Below, in pieces: positions 1 through 9,987 of a stretch of DNA of 64,000 nucleotides. Made by a program: the position numbers and the translations under genes. The notes beneath the pieces are model-generated. The model had not been told where the DNA came from. It did no database searches and saw only the letters and a program-made list of their open reading frames with translations. This DNA is from an uncultured Chloroflexia bacterium (GTDB taxonomy: Bacteria; Chloroflexota; Limnocylindria; Limnocylindrales; CSP1-4), in NCBI GenBank assembly GCA_963807035.1, contig CAWEAL010000003.1:569782-633781 (forward strand), written 5' to 3'. Position 1 is the first letter of the stretch. Every line of letters begins with the position of its first letter.

Positions 1-1670
1 GGGTCGACGATGGCGTTGATCTTCAGCACGATCCGGGCCTTCCGGCCGGCCTCGGCATGGCCGATCTCCCGGTCGATGAGCTCGATCACCCGCGTCCGCA
101 TCCCGTGGGGGGCGACGATCAGCCGCCGGAACGAGCGCTGGCGGGAGAGCCCGGTCAGGACGTTGAACAGCTCGGTCACGTCGGCGCCGATCTCGGGCCG
201 GCAGGTCAGCAGGCCGATGTCGACGTACAGGCGGGCCGTCTTCGGGTTGTAGTTGCCGGTCCCGATGTGGACGTAGCGCCGGAGCAGGTTGCCTTCGCGG
301 CGGACGACGAGGGCGACCTTCGAGTGGGTCTTCAGCCCGACCAGGCCGTACACGACGTGGGCGCCGGCCCGCTCGAGATGGCGGGCCCAGACGATGTTCT
401 GCTCCTCGTCGAAGCGGGCCTTGATCTCGACCAGGACGACGACCTGCTTGCCCCGCTCGGCCGCCCGGATCAGGTCGCGCACGATCGGCGAATCACCGGA
501 GGTCCGGTACAGGGTCTGCTTGATCGTCAGGACGTCGGGGTCGCCGGCCGCCTGGGCGATGAACCGCTCGGTCGATGCGGCGAACGATTCGTACGGGTGG
601 TGGAGCAGGATGTCGCCGGCCCGGATCGCGGCGAAGACGTCGACGGGCTCGTCCTCGTCGGACGGAACCAGCCGCGGCGGCGTGACCGGCGTCCAGCTGG
701 GACGCTGCAGGTCGGGCAGGTCGAGCTCGGCGATCTGGCTCAGGCCGGTGAGGTCGAGCATCCCGCTGATGTCGTAGGCGTCGTCCTCGGTCAAGCCGAT
801 TCCGTTGAGAAGGAGGCGCCGGGTACTGACCGGCATGCTCCGCTCGACCTCGAGCCGGACCGCCTCGCCGAAGCGCCGCCGGCGGAGCTCCTCCTCGATC
901 GCCATCAGCAGGTCGTCGGCCTCGTCCTCCTCGATCGCCAGGTCGGCGTTGCGGGTCACCCGGAAAAGGTGGGCCTCGACGATGTCGAGCCCGGTGAACA
1001 GCGTGTCGAGGTTGCTGGCGATCACCTGGTCGAGCAGGACGAAGGTGGTCGGATCGATCTCCATCAGCCGGGGCAGCACGGGCGGAACCTTGACCCGGGC
1101 GAAGCGACGCTCGCCCGTCTCCGGATCGCGCAACCCGACCGCGATCGACAGGCTCAGGGTGGAGATGTACGGGAATGGATGGCCCGGGTCGACGGCCAGC
1201 GGCGTGAGGACCGGAAAGACCTCCTCGATGAACCGCTCGCGCAGCCGCGCGTGGTGCTCCGGGACCGTGGCGTAGTCGACGATTCGGACGTCCGACTCGG
1301 CCAGCCTGGCCCGGATCCGGGCGTACAGGGCGCCCTGTTCCTCGACCAGCGCCTGGACCCGCGGCCGGATCGCCGTCAGCTGTTCCTCGGGGCTTCGTCC
1401 GTCGGGCGAGCTGCGGACGGCCGACGCCGCGAGTTGCTGGCGGAGGCCGGCGACCCGGACCTGGAAGAACTCATCGAGGTTCGAGGCGAAGATCGCCAGG
1501 AACTTGACCCGCTCGAGGATGGGGTTGCGCTCGTCATTCGCTTCGTGCAGGACCCGCGAGTTGAAATCCAGCCAGGACAGCTCCCGGTTGAGATAGGGCA
1601 GGCCCGGTCCACTGGTGGACCGGCGCGCCCGGGGTGCGCGAGCGACCCGCTCGGGTCGGACGGCAGTCAT
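1..1670 (-). CDS. ppk1: Polyphosphate kinase 1 (3' end runs off the window)
   Basis: My reverse-strand translation from ATG 1670 gives MTAVRPERV...LPYLNRELSWLDFNSRVL...FASNLDEFFQVRV...HHPYESF...IKQTLYRT...ARFDEEQNI...YVHIGTGNYNPKTARLY. Absent from the ORF track because its stop lies outside the window. Confidence 0.97.
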   Translation of the reverse strand, partial: MTAVRPERVARAPRARRSTSGPGLPYLNRELSWLDFNSRVLHEANDERNPILERVKFLAIFASNLDEFFQVRVAGLRQQLAASAVRSSPDGRSPEEQLTAIRPRVQALVEEQGALYARIRARLAESDVRIVDYATVPEHHARLRERFIEEVFPVLTPLAVDPGHPFPYISTLSLSIAVGLRDPETGERRFARVKVPPVLPRLMEIDPTTFVLLDQVIASNLDTLFTGLDIVEAHLFRVTRNADLAIEEDEADDLLMAIEEELRRRRFGEAVRLEVERSMPVSTRRLLLNGIGLTEDDAYDISGMLDLTGLSQIAELDLPDLQRPSWTPVTPPRLVPSDEDEPVDVFAAIRAGDILLHHPYESFAASTERFIAQAAGDPDVLTIKQTLYRTSGDSPIVRDLIRAAERGKQVVVLVEIKARFDEEQNIVWARHLERAGAHVVYGLVGLKTHSKVALVVRREGNLLRRYVHIGTGNYNPKTARLYVDIGLLTCRPEIGADVTELFNVLTGLSRQRSFRRLIVAPHGMRTRVIELIDREIGHAEAGRKARIVLKINAIVD

Positions 1671-1782
1671 CGGTGGAGCGTCTCCTGGAAGGGCGGGTGA
1701 CCGAACGAGCCGGCCCAGCGGGCCGGCCGGGCAAGCGTAGCACGGCCCTCGAGCACCTCTGGAACCACCCGGAGGTCACACC

Positions 1783-2154
1783 TCAGACGTGGTCCCCGGG
1801 CTGGGCCAGACCTTCCGCCAGGTAGCGCCGGTTGCCTGTCGCGGGCTGGAGGTAGACCCGCATCCGTTGGCCGGACGAGGGGTCGACGAAAACCTCGTTC
1901 GTCGGCCGGAACCCGATCGGCACGGACCCGGCGGGCTCGCCGCCGCCCGGCCCGGCCGGCTCGTTGCGGGCCTCGGCCGGGCCGGACCGGTAGCGCAGCC
2001 GCTCGTAGAGCATCGCGATCAGGATCCCGCCGCCGATCGTCACAGTGACCAGTCCCAGGAAGCGCTCCCCATCGGTGACCGCCTCCGAGAGTCCGACCAG
2101 AACGATGATCGCGCCGGCAAAGGCGAGCACGAGCCGGGCGGCGACGAGCATCAT
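1783..2154 (-). CDS. Small membrane protein, two predicted TM helices plus a C-terminal soluble domain
   Basis: 3' part of ORF 1783..2574 from MMLVAARL: two hydrophobic segments, then FRPTNEVFVDPSSGQRMRVY. Starts 6 nt after the YbjQ stop. Confidence 0.7.
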   Translation of the reverse strand: MMLVAARLVLAFAGAIIVLVGLSEAVTDGERFLGLVTVTIGGGILIAMLYERLRYRSGPAEARNEPAGPGGGEPAGSVPIGFRPTNEVFVDPSSGQRMRVYLQPATGNRRYLAEGLAQPGDHV

Positions 2155-2159
2155 CGGGG

Positions 2160-2504
2160 CTATTCGCTCCCGGCCGGGGCGGCCGTGTCGGGTACGAGCA
2201 CGACGGCCGTCCCGTAGGCCACGATCTCGGACATCGTCTGGCCGATCTCGGAGCTGTCGAAGCGCATCGAGAGCACCCCGTTGGCGCCCATCATCGTGGC
2301 GTTCTCGACCATCCGGTCGATCGCCTGGCGGCGGGTGTCCTCGAGCAGACTGGTGTACTCGTGGATCTCGCCCCCGACGAGCGAGCGCAGCCCGGCCGCG
2401 AGGTTGCCGGCCAGGCCCCGGCTGCGCACGACGAGCCCGAAGACGTGGCCCTTCGTCTCGGCGACCCGGTAGCCGCCGACGGTCGGAGTGGTGGCGATGA
2501 TCAC
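2160..2504 (-). CDS. YbjQ / UPF0145 family protein
   Basis: IIATTPTVGGYRV...LRSLVGGEIHEYTSLLEDTRRQAIDRM...GANGVLSMRFD...EIVAYGTAV; GTG start overlaps the upstream TGA (GTGA). Confidence 0.92.
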   Translation of the reverse strand: MIIATTPTVGGYRVAETKGHVFGLVVRSRGLAGNLAAGLRSLVGGEIHEYTSLLEDTRRQAIDRMVENATMMGANGVLSMRFDSSEIGQTMSEIVAYGTAVVLVPDTAAPAGSE

Positions 2505-2962
2505 GAGGGACCTCCCGGGCTGCTGACCGGCCGGCCGGCCGGCGGGGTGGGCTGGCGATCGGTGGGGCCAGCATGGTCGGCGTGGCCTGGACCGGCCACG
2601 GCCGGCCGGCCCTCGACGATCCGTCGGTTCGTGCACTCGGTGCACGGGCACATTGCCCGCAGGCTCGTGAACGTATAGAAGCCGGTGTGGTGGCCGTCGG
2701 CCCAGGTCGGGGCCAGTGCGTACTGGCCGACGAGGCTGACGTCGACGAGTCGGACCTGGTCGGGCGTCAGGGTCGGCGCCGAGTCGAGCCAGCCGGGTAG
2801 GCCCGCCTCGCCCCGGCAATAGGCGCAGGGGCACAGCCAGCGCAGGGTCACGGCCGGGAACGTGGTCGAATGCCCGTCGCGCCAGCCGATCTGCAGCGTG
2901 CCGGCCGCCCGGTCGGCGTGGATCGTCGCCGGGTTCGTTGCATCAGCCTGCGGGTCGCCCAT
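2501..2962 (-). CDS. DUF971 / GBBH-like N-terminal domain protein
   Basis: LQIGWRDGHS...LRWLCPCAYC...VGQYAL..TWADGHHTGFYTF signature; ATG 2962 preceded by TACCAT-N6. Confidence 0.88.
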   Translation of the reverse strand: MGDPQADATNPATIHADRAAGTLQIGWRDGHSTTFPAVTLRWLCPCAYCRGEAGLPGWLDSAPTLTPDQVRLVDVSLVGQYALAPTWADGHHTGFYTFTSLRAMCPCTECTNRRIVEGRPAVAGPGHADHAGPTDRQPTPPAGRPVSSPGGPS

Positions 2963-3082
2963 GTCGCGATGGTACCGCGCCCGCCGGTCAACCTCATCCG
3001 ACGTCACGGCCGTCGGGGTCGAGGACTCGACCGGGACCTCCGTACCGGCCCGGCGTCCGGCCACCTGTGCGATCCTCCGGCC

Positions 3083-4000
3083 ATGACCCTCGACATCGAC
3101 GGCCTGTCGAAGCGCTATGGCCGGGTCGTGGCCCTGGACCAGGTGAGCTTCCGGGTCGAGCCCGGCCAGGTCTTCGGATTCCTCGGACCGAACGGGGCCG
3201 GCAAGACGACCGTGATGCGGATCGTCCTGGACGTGCTGCGGGCCGATGCCGGCACGGTCAGCTGGCGCGGCCGGTCGAACACGGAGCTCGCCCGGGGCAC
3301 CTTCGGCTACCTGCCCGAGGAGCGGGGCCTCTACCCCCGGATGCGGGTCCTTGACCAGCTCGTCTTCTTCGCCGGCCTCCACGGCGTCCCGAGCGCGACC
3401 GCCCGGCGGGCAGCGCTCGGCTGGCTGGAGCGCTTCCGGGTCCCCGAGCTGGCCGACCGGCGGGCCGACGAGCTGAGCAAGGGCAACCAGCAGAAGGTCC
3501 AGTTCATCGCCGCGATCCTGCACGACCCCGAAGTGGTCTTGATGGACGAGCCGTTCACCGGGCTCGACCCGGTCAACGTGGCGCTCCTCCGGGACGCCTT
3601 CGTCGAGCTTGCCGCCCGCGGCCGGACGCTCGTCTTCTCGACTCACCAGATGGAGATGGTCGAGGCTCTGGCGAGCTCGATCGCGATCATCGATCGCGGG
3701 CGGATGCTGGCGGTCGGCTCGACCCGCGAGGTCCGCCGCCGGGCGGGCCGGTCGGTGGTCCGGCTGGCCGTCGAAGGGGATCGCGAGCTGGCCTGGACGA
3801 CCGGCCTGCCCGGCGTTCGGATGGTCCGGCCGGGCGCGGAGGTGAGCGAGCTCAGCCTCCAGCCGGGAACCGATCCGCAGTCGATCCTGCACGCGGCGCT
3901 CGCCCGCGGGGCGGTCGTCAGCTGCTTCGAGGTCACCGATCCGTCGCTCGAGGAGGTCTTCATCGAGATCGTCGGGCGGCCGGTGGCGTCCGCGGCATGA
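3083..4000 (+). CDS. ABC exporter ATP-binding subunit (NatA/YhaQ-like)
   Basis: Walker A GPNGAGKT, GYLPEERGLY, signature LSKGNQQK, Walker B VVLMDEP, C-terminal PSLEEVFI. Confidence 0.95.
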   Translation: MTLDIDGLSKRYGRVVALDQVSFRVEPGQVFGFLGPNGAGKTTVMRIVLDVLRADAGTVSWRGRSNTELARGTFGYLPEERGLYPRMRVLDQLVFFAGLHGVPSATARRAALGWLERFRVPELADRRADELSKGNQQKVQFIAAILHDPEVVLMDEPFTGLDPVNVALLRDAFVELAARGRTLVFSTHQMEMVEALASSIAIIDRGRMLAVGSTREVRRRAGRSVVRLAVEGDRELAWTTGLPGVRMVRPGAEVSELSLQPGTDPQSILHAALARGAVVSCFEVTDPSLEEVFIEIVGRPVASAA

Positions 4001-5328
4001 GCGGACAGCGCGACGGGCGGCTGTTCCCCAACGCCCTGCTGGTCGCCCGCCGGGAGTACGTCGAGAAGCTGCGCAGCCGAGCCTTCGCGGTCGCCACCCT
4101 GGTCCTCGTCCTCGTCGCCATCGCCGCCGCCCTGATCCCGATCGGCCTGCGGGCGCTCGATCGCGGCAGCGTCACCCGGCTGGGCGTCGTATCGGCCGAT
4201 CCGAACGTGACGGCCGAGGTGGTCGGCCTCGTCTCGGGCTATCTCAACCCGGTCCCGTCCGGGGTGGACCCGGCCACGGTCCGGCCGCACTACGTCCTGT
4301 CGGTCCAGCCCAGCCTCGCGAGCGGCCTGGAGGCCGTGCAGGCTGGCCGGCTCGACAGCGTCCTCGAAGTGACAATCCTGCCCGAGGGCGGCCTCGACTT
4401 CACCTTCCACGGGGACGATGGTCCGACGAGTCCGACGATCCAGCGCCTCCAGGTCGCGACCTTCGGGGCCGCCGTTGTCGAATACTCCCAGGCGCTCACC
4501 CATGCGGCCTCGGGACCCGGCTTTCACCTGCCCTCGTTCCAGGTCGAGGCGACCAGCCGCGGCTCGACCGCCGGCCCGATCGACCCCGGCGTGACCGGCA
4601 GCCGGACCCTGCTCGCGTCGGTCCTGATCGTGCTGATCTTCCTGACCCTCACGATCTACGGGATGTGGGTCGCGACGAGCGTGGCGACCGAGAAGACCAG
4701 CCGGGTGATGGAGCTCCTGATCAGCGCCGCAACCCCCCGTCAGCTGCTCGTCGGCAAGGTCGTCGGGGTCGGGGGGGCCGGCCTGACCCAGTACCTGGCG
4801 ATCCTCGTGCCGGCCTCGATCGTGCTCGTCCTTCAGGATCCGATCGCCACGGCACTGATCGGCCCGGCCGACCCGGGTGACGCGCCGCTGGTCGGCCTGA
4901 CCCTGCCGATCCTGCTCGCCTTCGGCTCGTTCTTCATCCTCGGCTTCCTGCTGTATGCGTTCGTGTACGCCGCGGCGGGCTCGCTGGTCAGCCGGCCCGA
5001 GGACATCCAGCAGCTCGCCCTGCCCCTCAGCTTCGTATCGATGGCCGGCTACTTCGCAGCGATCTTCGGGATGACCTCGATCAACTCGACGCCGATCGCG
5101 ATCCTGTCGTACGTGCCATTCCTGAGCCCGTACGTGATGCTCGCCCGGGTGATGCTCGGCCAGGTCGAAGGCTGGGAGATCGGCCTGTCGCTCGTCCTGC
5201 TGATCGTGTCGATCGGGTTGTGCGCCTGGCTGGCCGCCCGGATCTATGCGGCCGGCGTGCTCCTGTACGGCCAGCGGCCGGGGCTCCGGACGTTCCTGCG
5301 GGTGGCGATCCGGCCGCACGGCACCTGA
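3997..5328 (+). CDS. ABC-2 exporter permease (NatB/YhaP-like)
   Basis: ARREY N-terminus, VATEKTSRVMELL motif, about six TM segments; ATGA overlap with the ATPase gene. Confidence 0.92.
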   Translation: MSGQRDGRLFPNALLVARREYVEKLRSRAFAVATLVLVLVAIAAALIPIGLRALDRGSVTRLGVVSADPNVTAEVVGLVSGYLNPVPSGVDPATVRPHYVLSVQPSLASGLEAVQAGRLDSVLEVTILPEGGLDFTFHGDDGPTSPTIQRLQVATFGAAVVEYSQALTHAASGPGFHLPSFQVEATSRGSTAGPIDPGVTGSRTLLASVLIVLIFLTLTIYGMWVATSVATEKTSRVMELLISAATPRQLLVGKVVGVGGAGLTQYLAILVPASIVLVLQDPIATALIGPADPGDAPLVGLTLPILLAFGSFFILGFLLYAFVYAAAGSLVSRPEDIQQLALPLSFVSMAGYFAAIFGMTSINSTPIAILSYVPFLSPYVMLARVMLGQVEGWEIGLSLVLLIVSIGLCAWLAARIYAAGVLLYGQRPGLRTFLRVAIRPHGT

Positions 5329-5338
5329 GCCCGGGCGG

Positions 5339-6103
5339 CTACGCGGGCGGATCCTCGAACGGCAGGCGCCGGATCAGGGCGAGGATCGGGTTGCTCTCCA
5401 GCCTGCCCGCGCCGGTTGCCGGGATGGCCCGCTCGCCTGGCCCACCGGCCACGGCCGTGGCGTCGGGCCCGACGTCGATCAGGCGCCACAGCCGGCTTGT
5501 GACACCGGCCAGGTACGGGCTGCGGCGATCACGGGCGAGCACCCAGCCGATCCCCTGGGTCGCGGCGGCCGCGCACAGCGCCCGACCCTCGCCGGCGATC
5601 ATCGGGACGAGCACGGTCGAGGGGGATGGGCTGAGCAGCCGGGCGAGCCGCGACCGGCGGCGCTCGAGCGGCTCGGCGACGAGCGAGCGGCCGTCGAGGG
5701 CGAGGAGGTCGTACACCAGGAAGGCCAGCCCGGGACCATTCCGGCCTTCCAGGCGATCGGCCAGGCCGGCCTCGTCGAGCCGGCCGGCATCGTCGACCGC
5801 GACGAGCGTGCCGTCGAGCAGGGCGGCCCGACCACCGAGGTGATCCGCCAGGTCGGCGATCTCGGGCACCCGCCCGGTCAGGACTTCGCCATCGGCGCTC
5901 ACCAGGCGAACCGCCGGCGCGCCGCCCGGAGCGGCCGGATCACGGCCGACATAGGCCAGGGCGCGCTCGCCGCCCCACCACGGCTCGAACAGCGTGTCCG
6001 GATCGTCGAACGGTCCGTCGGCCGGCTGGGCCGTCATCGGCCGAACTGGAGCCGGCCAGGCGGTGGGGTCCGGCTCGAGGCGAAGCGAGAGCTGATCGGC
6101 CAT
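5339..6103 (-). CDS. ATP-dependent DNA ligase (LigD/LigC) adenylation-domain-like protein, catalytic motifs degenerate
   Basis: Motif order kept: PVRPM, FEPWWGGERAL (KxDG position), RLVS, PEI, LDGTLV, FLVYDLLALDG, PLERRRSRL, SPYLAG..SRLW. The catalytic Lys is absent. Confidence 0.75.
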   Translation of the reverse strand: MADQLSLRLEPDPTAWPAPVRPMTAQPADGPFDDPDTLFEPWWGGERALAYVGRDPAAPGGAPAVRLVSADGEVLTGRVPEIADLADHLGGRAALLDGTLVAVDDAGRLDEAGLADRLEGRNGPGLAFLVYDLLALDGRSLVAEPLERRRSRLARLLSPSPSTVLVPMIAGEGRALCAAAATQGIGWVLARDRRSPYLAGVTSRLWRLIDVGPDATAVAGGPGERAIPATGAGRLESNPILALIRRLPFEDPPA

Positions 6104-6132
6104 CAACTCGATGGTAGCGGTAGACTCGGCGG

Positions 6133-8333
6133 ATGGCGCGAATACCTCGACCCGACGACATGTACGGCTTTCGGATCCCGACCGACCCGCACCTGTCGCC
6201 CGACGGCGCGCGGGTCGCGTTCACGGTTCAGACCGTGGCCCCGACCCGGGACGGCTATCGCCACGCGATCTGGTCGGCCCCGTTCGATGGCTCCGTCCCG
6301 GCCGCCCCGCTGACGATCGGCCACCAGCACGACACCCGGCCGCGCTTCCGGCCGGACGGCCGGGTCCTGGCGTTCCTCTCGGATCGGCGGCTCGCGGTCG
6401 AGGAGGAGCCGGCGGCGGCCAAGGACCGCGAGGATGCCGTCCAGGTCCACCTCCTGCCGCTCGACGGACCCGGTGAGGCCCGCCGCCTGACCAACCTGCC
6501 GCGCGGCGTCGCGGACTACGCGTGGTCGCCCGATGGCGCCCGGCTGGCGGTCGTCAGCTCGTCGCTCGGCACGACCGTGGCCGAGGACCGGCGCCGCCGT
6601 GGCCTCCCTGCGAAGTCACCCGGCCCCGGCGAGCCCCCGGCCTCGGACATCCACTACCTCGATCGGCTGCGTTCGCAGTCGAACGGTGCCGGCTGGGTCT
6701 ACCACCAGGTCAGCCGGCTGTGGGTCGTCGATGTCCCTTCAGGCGCCGCCCGTCTCGTCCATTCAGGCAGGATCCCGGTCGGGGAGCCGGCCTGGTCGCC
6801 GGACGGCACCCGGATCGCGTTCAGCGCAGACCGCGGCCGGGACAACGACCTGGGCTTCAACAGCGACGTGTGGGTCGTCGATGCCGGCGGCGGCCGGGCG
6901 GTCCGGGTCACCGGAGGCGCCGGTCGCCCTGCCGGTCGGGCGGTCTTCGGCGCACCGGCCTGGCTCCCCGGCGGGACGCGCCTGGCGGTCCTCGGTCATC
7001 GCTATGGCGGGGGCAGCGGCAGCCGGGCCGATGTCTGGCTGTTCGCCGCGGACGGCTCGGAAGCCGGGCCGCGCGACGGCCGGAATCTGACCGCCGACGC
7101 CGACCTGGTGATCGACTCGGCGATGGGCAGCGACGTCACGATCGGCGAGGCGAACCGGATCGAGGTCGCGCCGGACGGGGGCTCGATCTACTTCAGCGCC
7201 CCGGTCGAGGGCTCGTTCGAGCTCTGGCGGGTGCCGGTCGAGGGGGGCCGGGCTGAGAAGCTCACGAGCGGCCGCCACTACTACTCATCGTTCGCAACCG
7301 CCGCCGGCCCGCGCGGGACGGTCCGGATCGCGGCGATCCTGTCCGATCCGGTGACGCTGCCCGAGGTCGCCGTCCTCGAGCTGCCGGCCGGCCGGTCCAG
7401 GGCAACTCTCGACAGCAGGCCGGTCAGCGAGCTGAACCAGGAGACCGCCGAGGAGGTCCGCCTCGTCGCGCCCGAGTCCCGCTGGAACGAGGTCGATGGG
7501 CGCCGGATCCAGGGCTGGTACTACCCGCCCAATCCGCTGGCCGACCGCGCTCCCGAGCCGAAATCCGGAACAGCGGCCCGGCCCGGCGGCCCGTCGCCCC
7601 TCGTCGTCGAGATCCACGGCGGCCCGCACACCCTCTACGGCTGGACGCCCGTTCTGGGAGTGGCAGCTGCTGGCCGCCGCCGGGATGGGCGTGTTCGCCG
7701 CGAATCCACGCGGGTCACAGGGCTACGGCGAGGCCTTCAACGGGGCCAACTTCCGGGATTGGGGCCCCGGCCCGATGCGCGACATCATGGCCGGCGTCGA
7801 CAGCCTGGTCGCCGACGGACCTCGCCGACCCCGAGCGGCTGGGGGTGACCGGCGGTTCGTACGGCGGGTATCTCACGAGCTGGATCGTCGGCCACACCGA
7901 TCGTTTCCGGGCCGCCGTCACCTGCCGCTCCGTGAACGACCTGACCAGCCAGATGTCGACCGGTGACATTGCCGGCCCGTCGTTCGGCCGGATCGAGTTC
8001 GGGGTCGCCCCGTGGGAGGATCCCGAGCTCTATCGCGAGCATTCGCCGCTGACCTACGCCGGCCGGATCCGGACGCCACTGCTGATCCAGCACTCCGAGC
8101 GCGACCTGCGCACGACGATCGGCCAGGCCGAGGAGCTGTTCACGGTCCTGCGCTCGCTCCGCCGGCCGGTCCGGCTGATGCGGGTGCCCGACGAGATCGC
8201 ACGAGCTGACCCGCTCCGGCACGCCCTTCCGGCGGGTCGAGAACCAGCCCAGATCTGCGCCTGGTTCGAGCACTTCCTGGTCGGGGGCCGGCGGCGCCTG
8301 CCGGCCCTGCCGCGGGTCCGGGCCGGGCGGTAG
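6133..8333 (+). CDS. S9 family prolyl oligopeptidase / acylaminoacyl peptidase (frameshifted in assembly)
   Basis: PD40-like WSPDG repeats, IHGGPH, NPRGSQGYG, nucleophile GGSYGG, HSERD. Pieces lie in ORFs 6133, 7496 and 7845 with indels near 7650, 7820, 8200 and 8250. Confidence 0.9.
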
Positions 8334-8364
8334 GCGAGCCGGTGACCCCGATCGGGCTCCGCCG

Positions 8365-9353
8365 GTGACGACGGTCCCACGCCCGGCCGACTCGAGGGCC
8401 CAGGATCGGGCCAACGAGCTGATCCGCTCCTTCGACGCCCGGGCCGGCTCGCTCGGCAGCCTCCTCGGCCGGGTGACCGCCGGTCGACCAGGTCGGCGTG
8501 GACGAGCGCGTCGACGCGCTCAAGCGCCGCTCGATCAAGACGACCGCCAAGCTGTGGGCGCTCGACCTGGCGATCCGGATGATCGACCTGACCACGCTCG
8601 AGGGTAAGGACACCCCGGGCAAGGTCCGCGCGCTGTGCGCCAAGGCGATCCGGCCCCAGCCCGGCGATCCGACGATCCCCCACGTCGCCGCGATCTGCGT
8701 CTATCCGGCGCTCGTACGCCGAGGCGAAGGACGCCCTGGCAACGTCCGGGGTGCGTGTCGCGAGCGTCGCGACCGGCTTCCCGTCGGGCCAGACGTTCCT
8801 CGACGTGAAGCTCGCCGAGACCGCGCCAGGCGGTCGAGGCGGGGGCCGACGAGATCGACATGGTCATCGACCGGGGCGCCTTCCTGGCCGGCGACTACGC
8901 CACCGTCTTCGACGAGATCGTCGCGGTCAAGGAGGCCTGCGGCGACGGCGCACCTCAAGGTGATCCTCGAGACCGGCGAGCTCGAGACCTACGACAACGT
9001 GCGCCGGGCGAGCGTCCTGGCGATGGCCGCCGGGGCCGACTTCATCAAGACCTCGACCGGCAAGGTCGACCCCGGCCGCGACGCTGCCGGTCACGCTGGT
9101 CATGCTCGAGGCGATCCGCGACTTCGAGCGGGCGACGGGCCGGGCGGTGGGCATGAAGCCGGCCGGCGGGATCCGCACGGCCAAGGAAGCGATCCAGTAC
9201 CTGGTCGTGCTGTACGAAACGCTCGGTCCGCGCTGGATGACCCCCGAGCGCTTCCGCTTCGGCGCCTCGAGCCTGCTGAACGACGTCCTGATGCAGATCG
9301 AGAAGCAGCGCACCGGCCGATACCAGGGTCCCGACCACTTCAGCCTGGACTGA
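8365..9353 (+). CDS. deoC: Deoxyribose-phosphate aldolase (frameshifted in assembly)
   Basis: MIDLTTLEGKDTPGKV, VASVATGFPSGQ, DEIDMVIDRGAF, HLKVILETGEL, ADFIKTSTGK, GMKPAGGIR, RFGASSLL spread across frames. Confidence 0.92.
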
Positions 9354-9987
9354 CGGCCGGATCCCGGGCGGCGCCTCGCATGCGCGGTGGTCGCCGTGCT
9401 CCGCGCCGCGGCCCTGTTGACGACGGCACGCTCGGCGGGCGGCTCCGTTGTCACCCCTGGCGATACGTCGGATGGTCGAGCCGTCGGAGGCACCGGACTT
9501 GGGACGAATGTCGCTGCTGGACGCGGTGCGGCTGAGACCGACCGATTCGGCTACCGCTGCGGGAGGGACCACCCTCCGTTCGCGCACGAGTGGCCCGTTC
9601 CGAGCCGTGACGGTGGGCAGAACAGGCGTCCGCTTCGGCCCAGTGCGTCTGCCAGCGACATTCCGACGATCTTTCCTGGATCCAATGCCGGGCCACACTG
9701 CCGCAGAGCCGTACCGTGCGGCGGCCTCGGCCGGCGTCCAGAGACGGATGACCGATCCGAGTACCCAACGGCTCCAGGTCCCGAACTTGCTCGAACCCGT
9801 GACGAGCTGGCGCGGCCGTCTTGAGGGTCGTCTCAGAGGTTCCGGACGCGATCGCCAGACGCGATCGAATACGCGAAACGTTGCGCCCCAAGCTCCTCCA
9901 GCCCTCAATTCCTCGGTGAGATCGTCCCAGGCGACAAGCCGCCTGGCGAGCCCTCGCCGGCGGCGTGGGCGCTCGCCCCGCCGAGCC

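Noticed and set aside
57-1700. 547-aa plus-strand ORF and similar long ORFs (3643-, 12563-, 16754+, 44321-, 57317-)
   Set aside because: Antisense shadows of real genes (ppk1, permease, ALDH, surface protein, aceE, acyl-CoA synthetase), expected at high GC; no motifs.
7640-9080. Programmed frameshifting in the S9 peptidase and deoC
   Set aside because: Multiple scattered indels with no slippery sequences; same pattern as the 24-32 kb error block.
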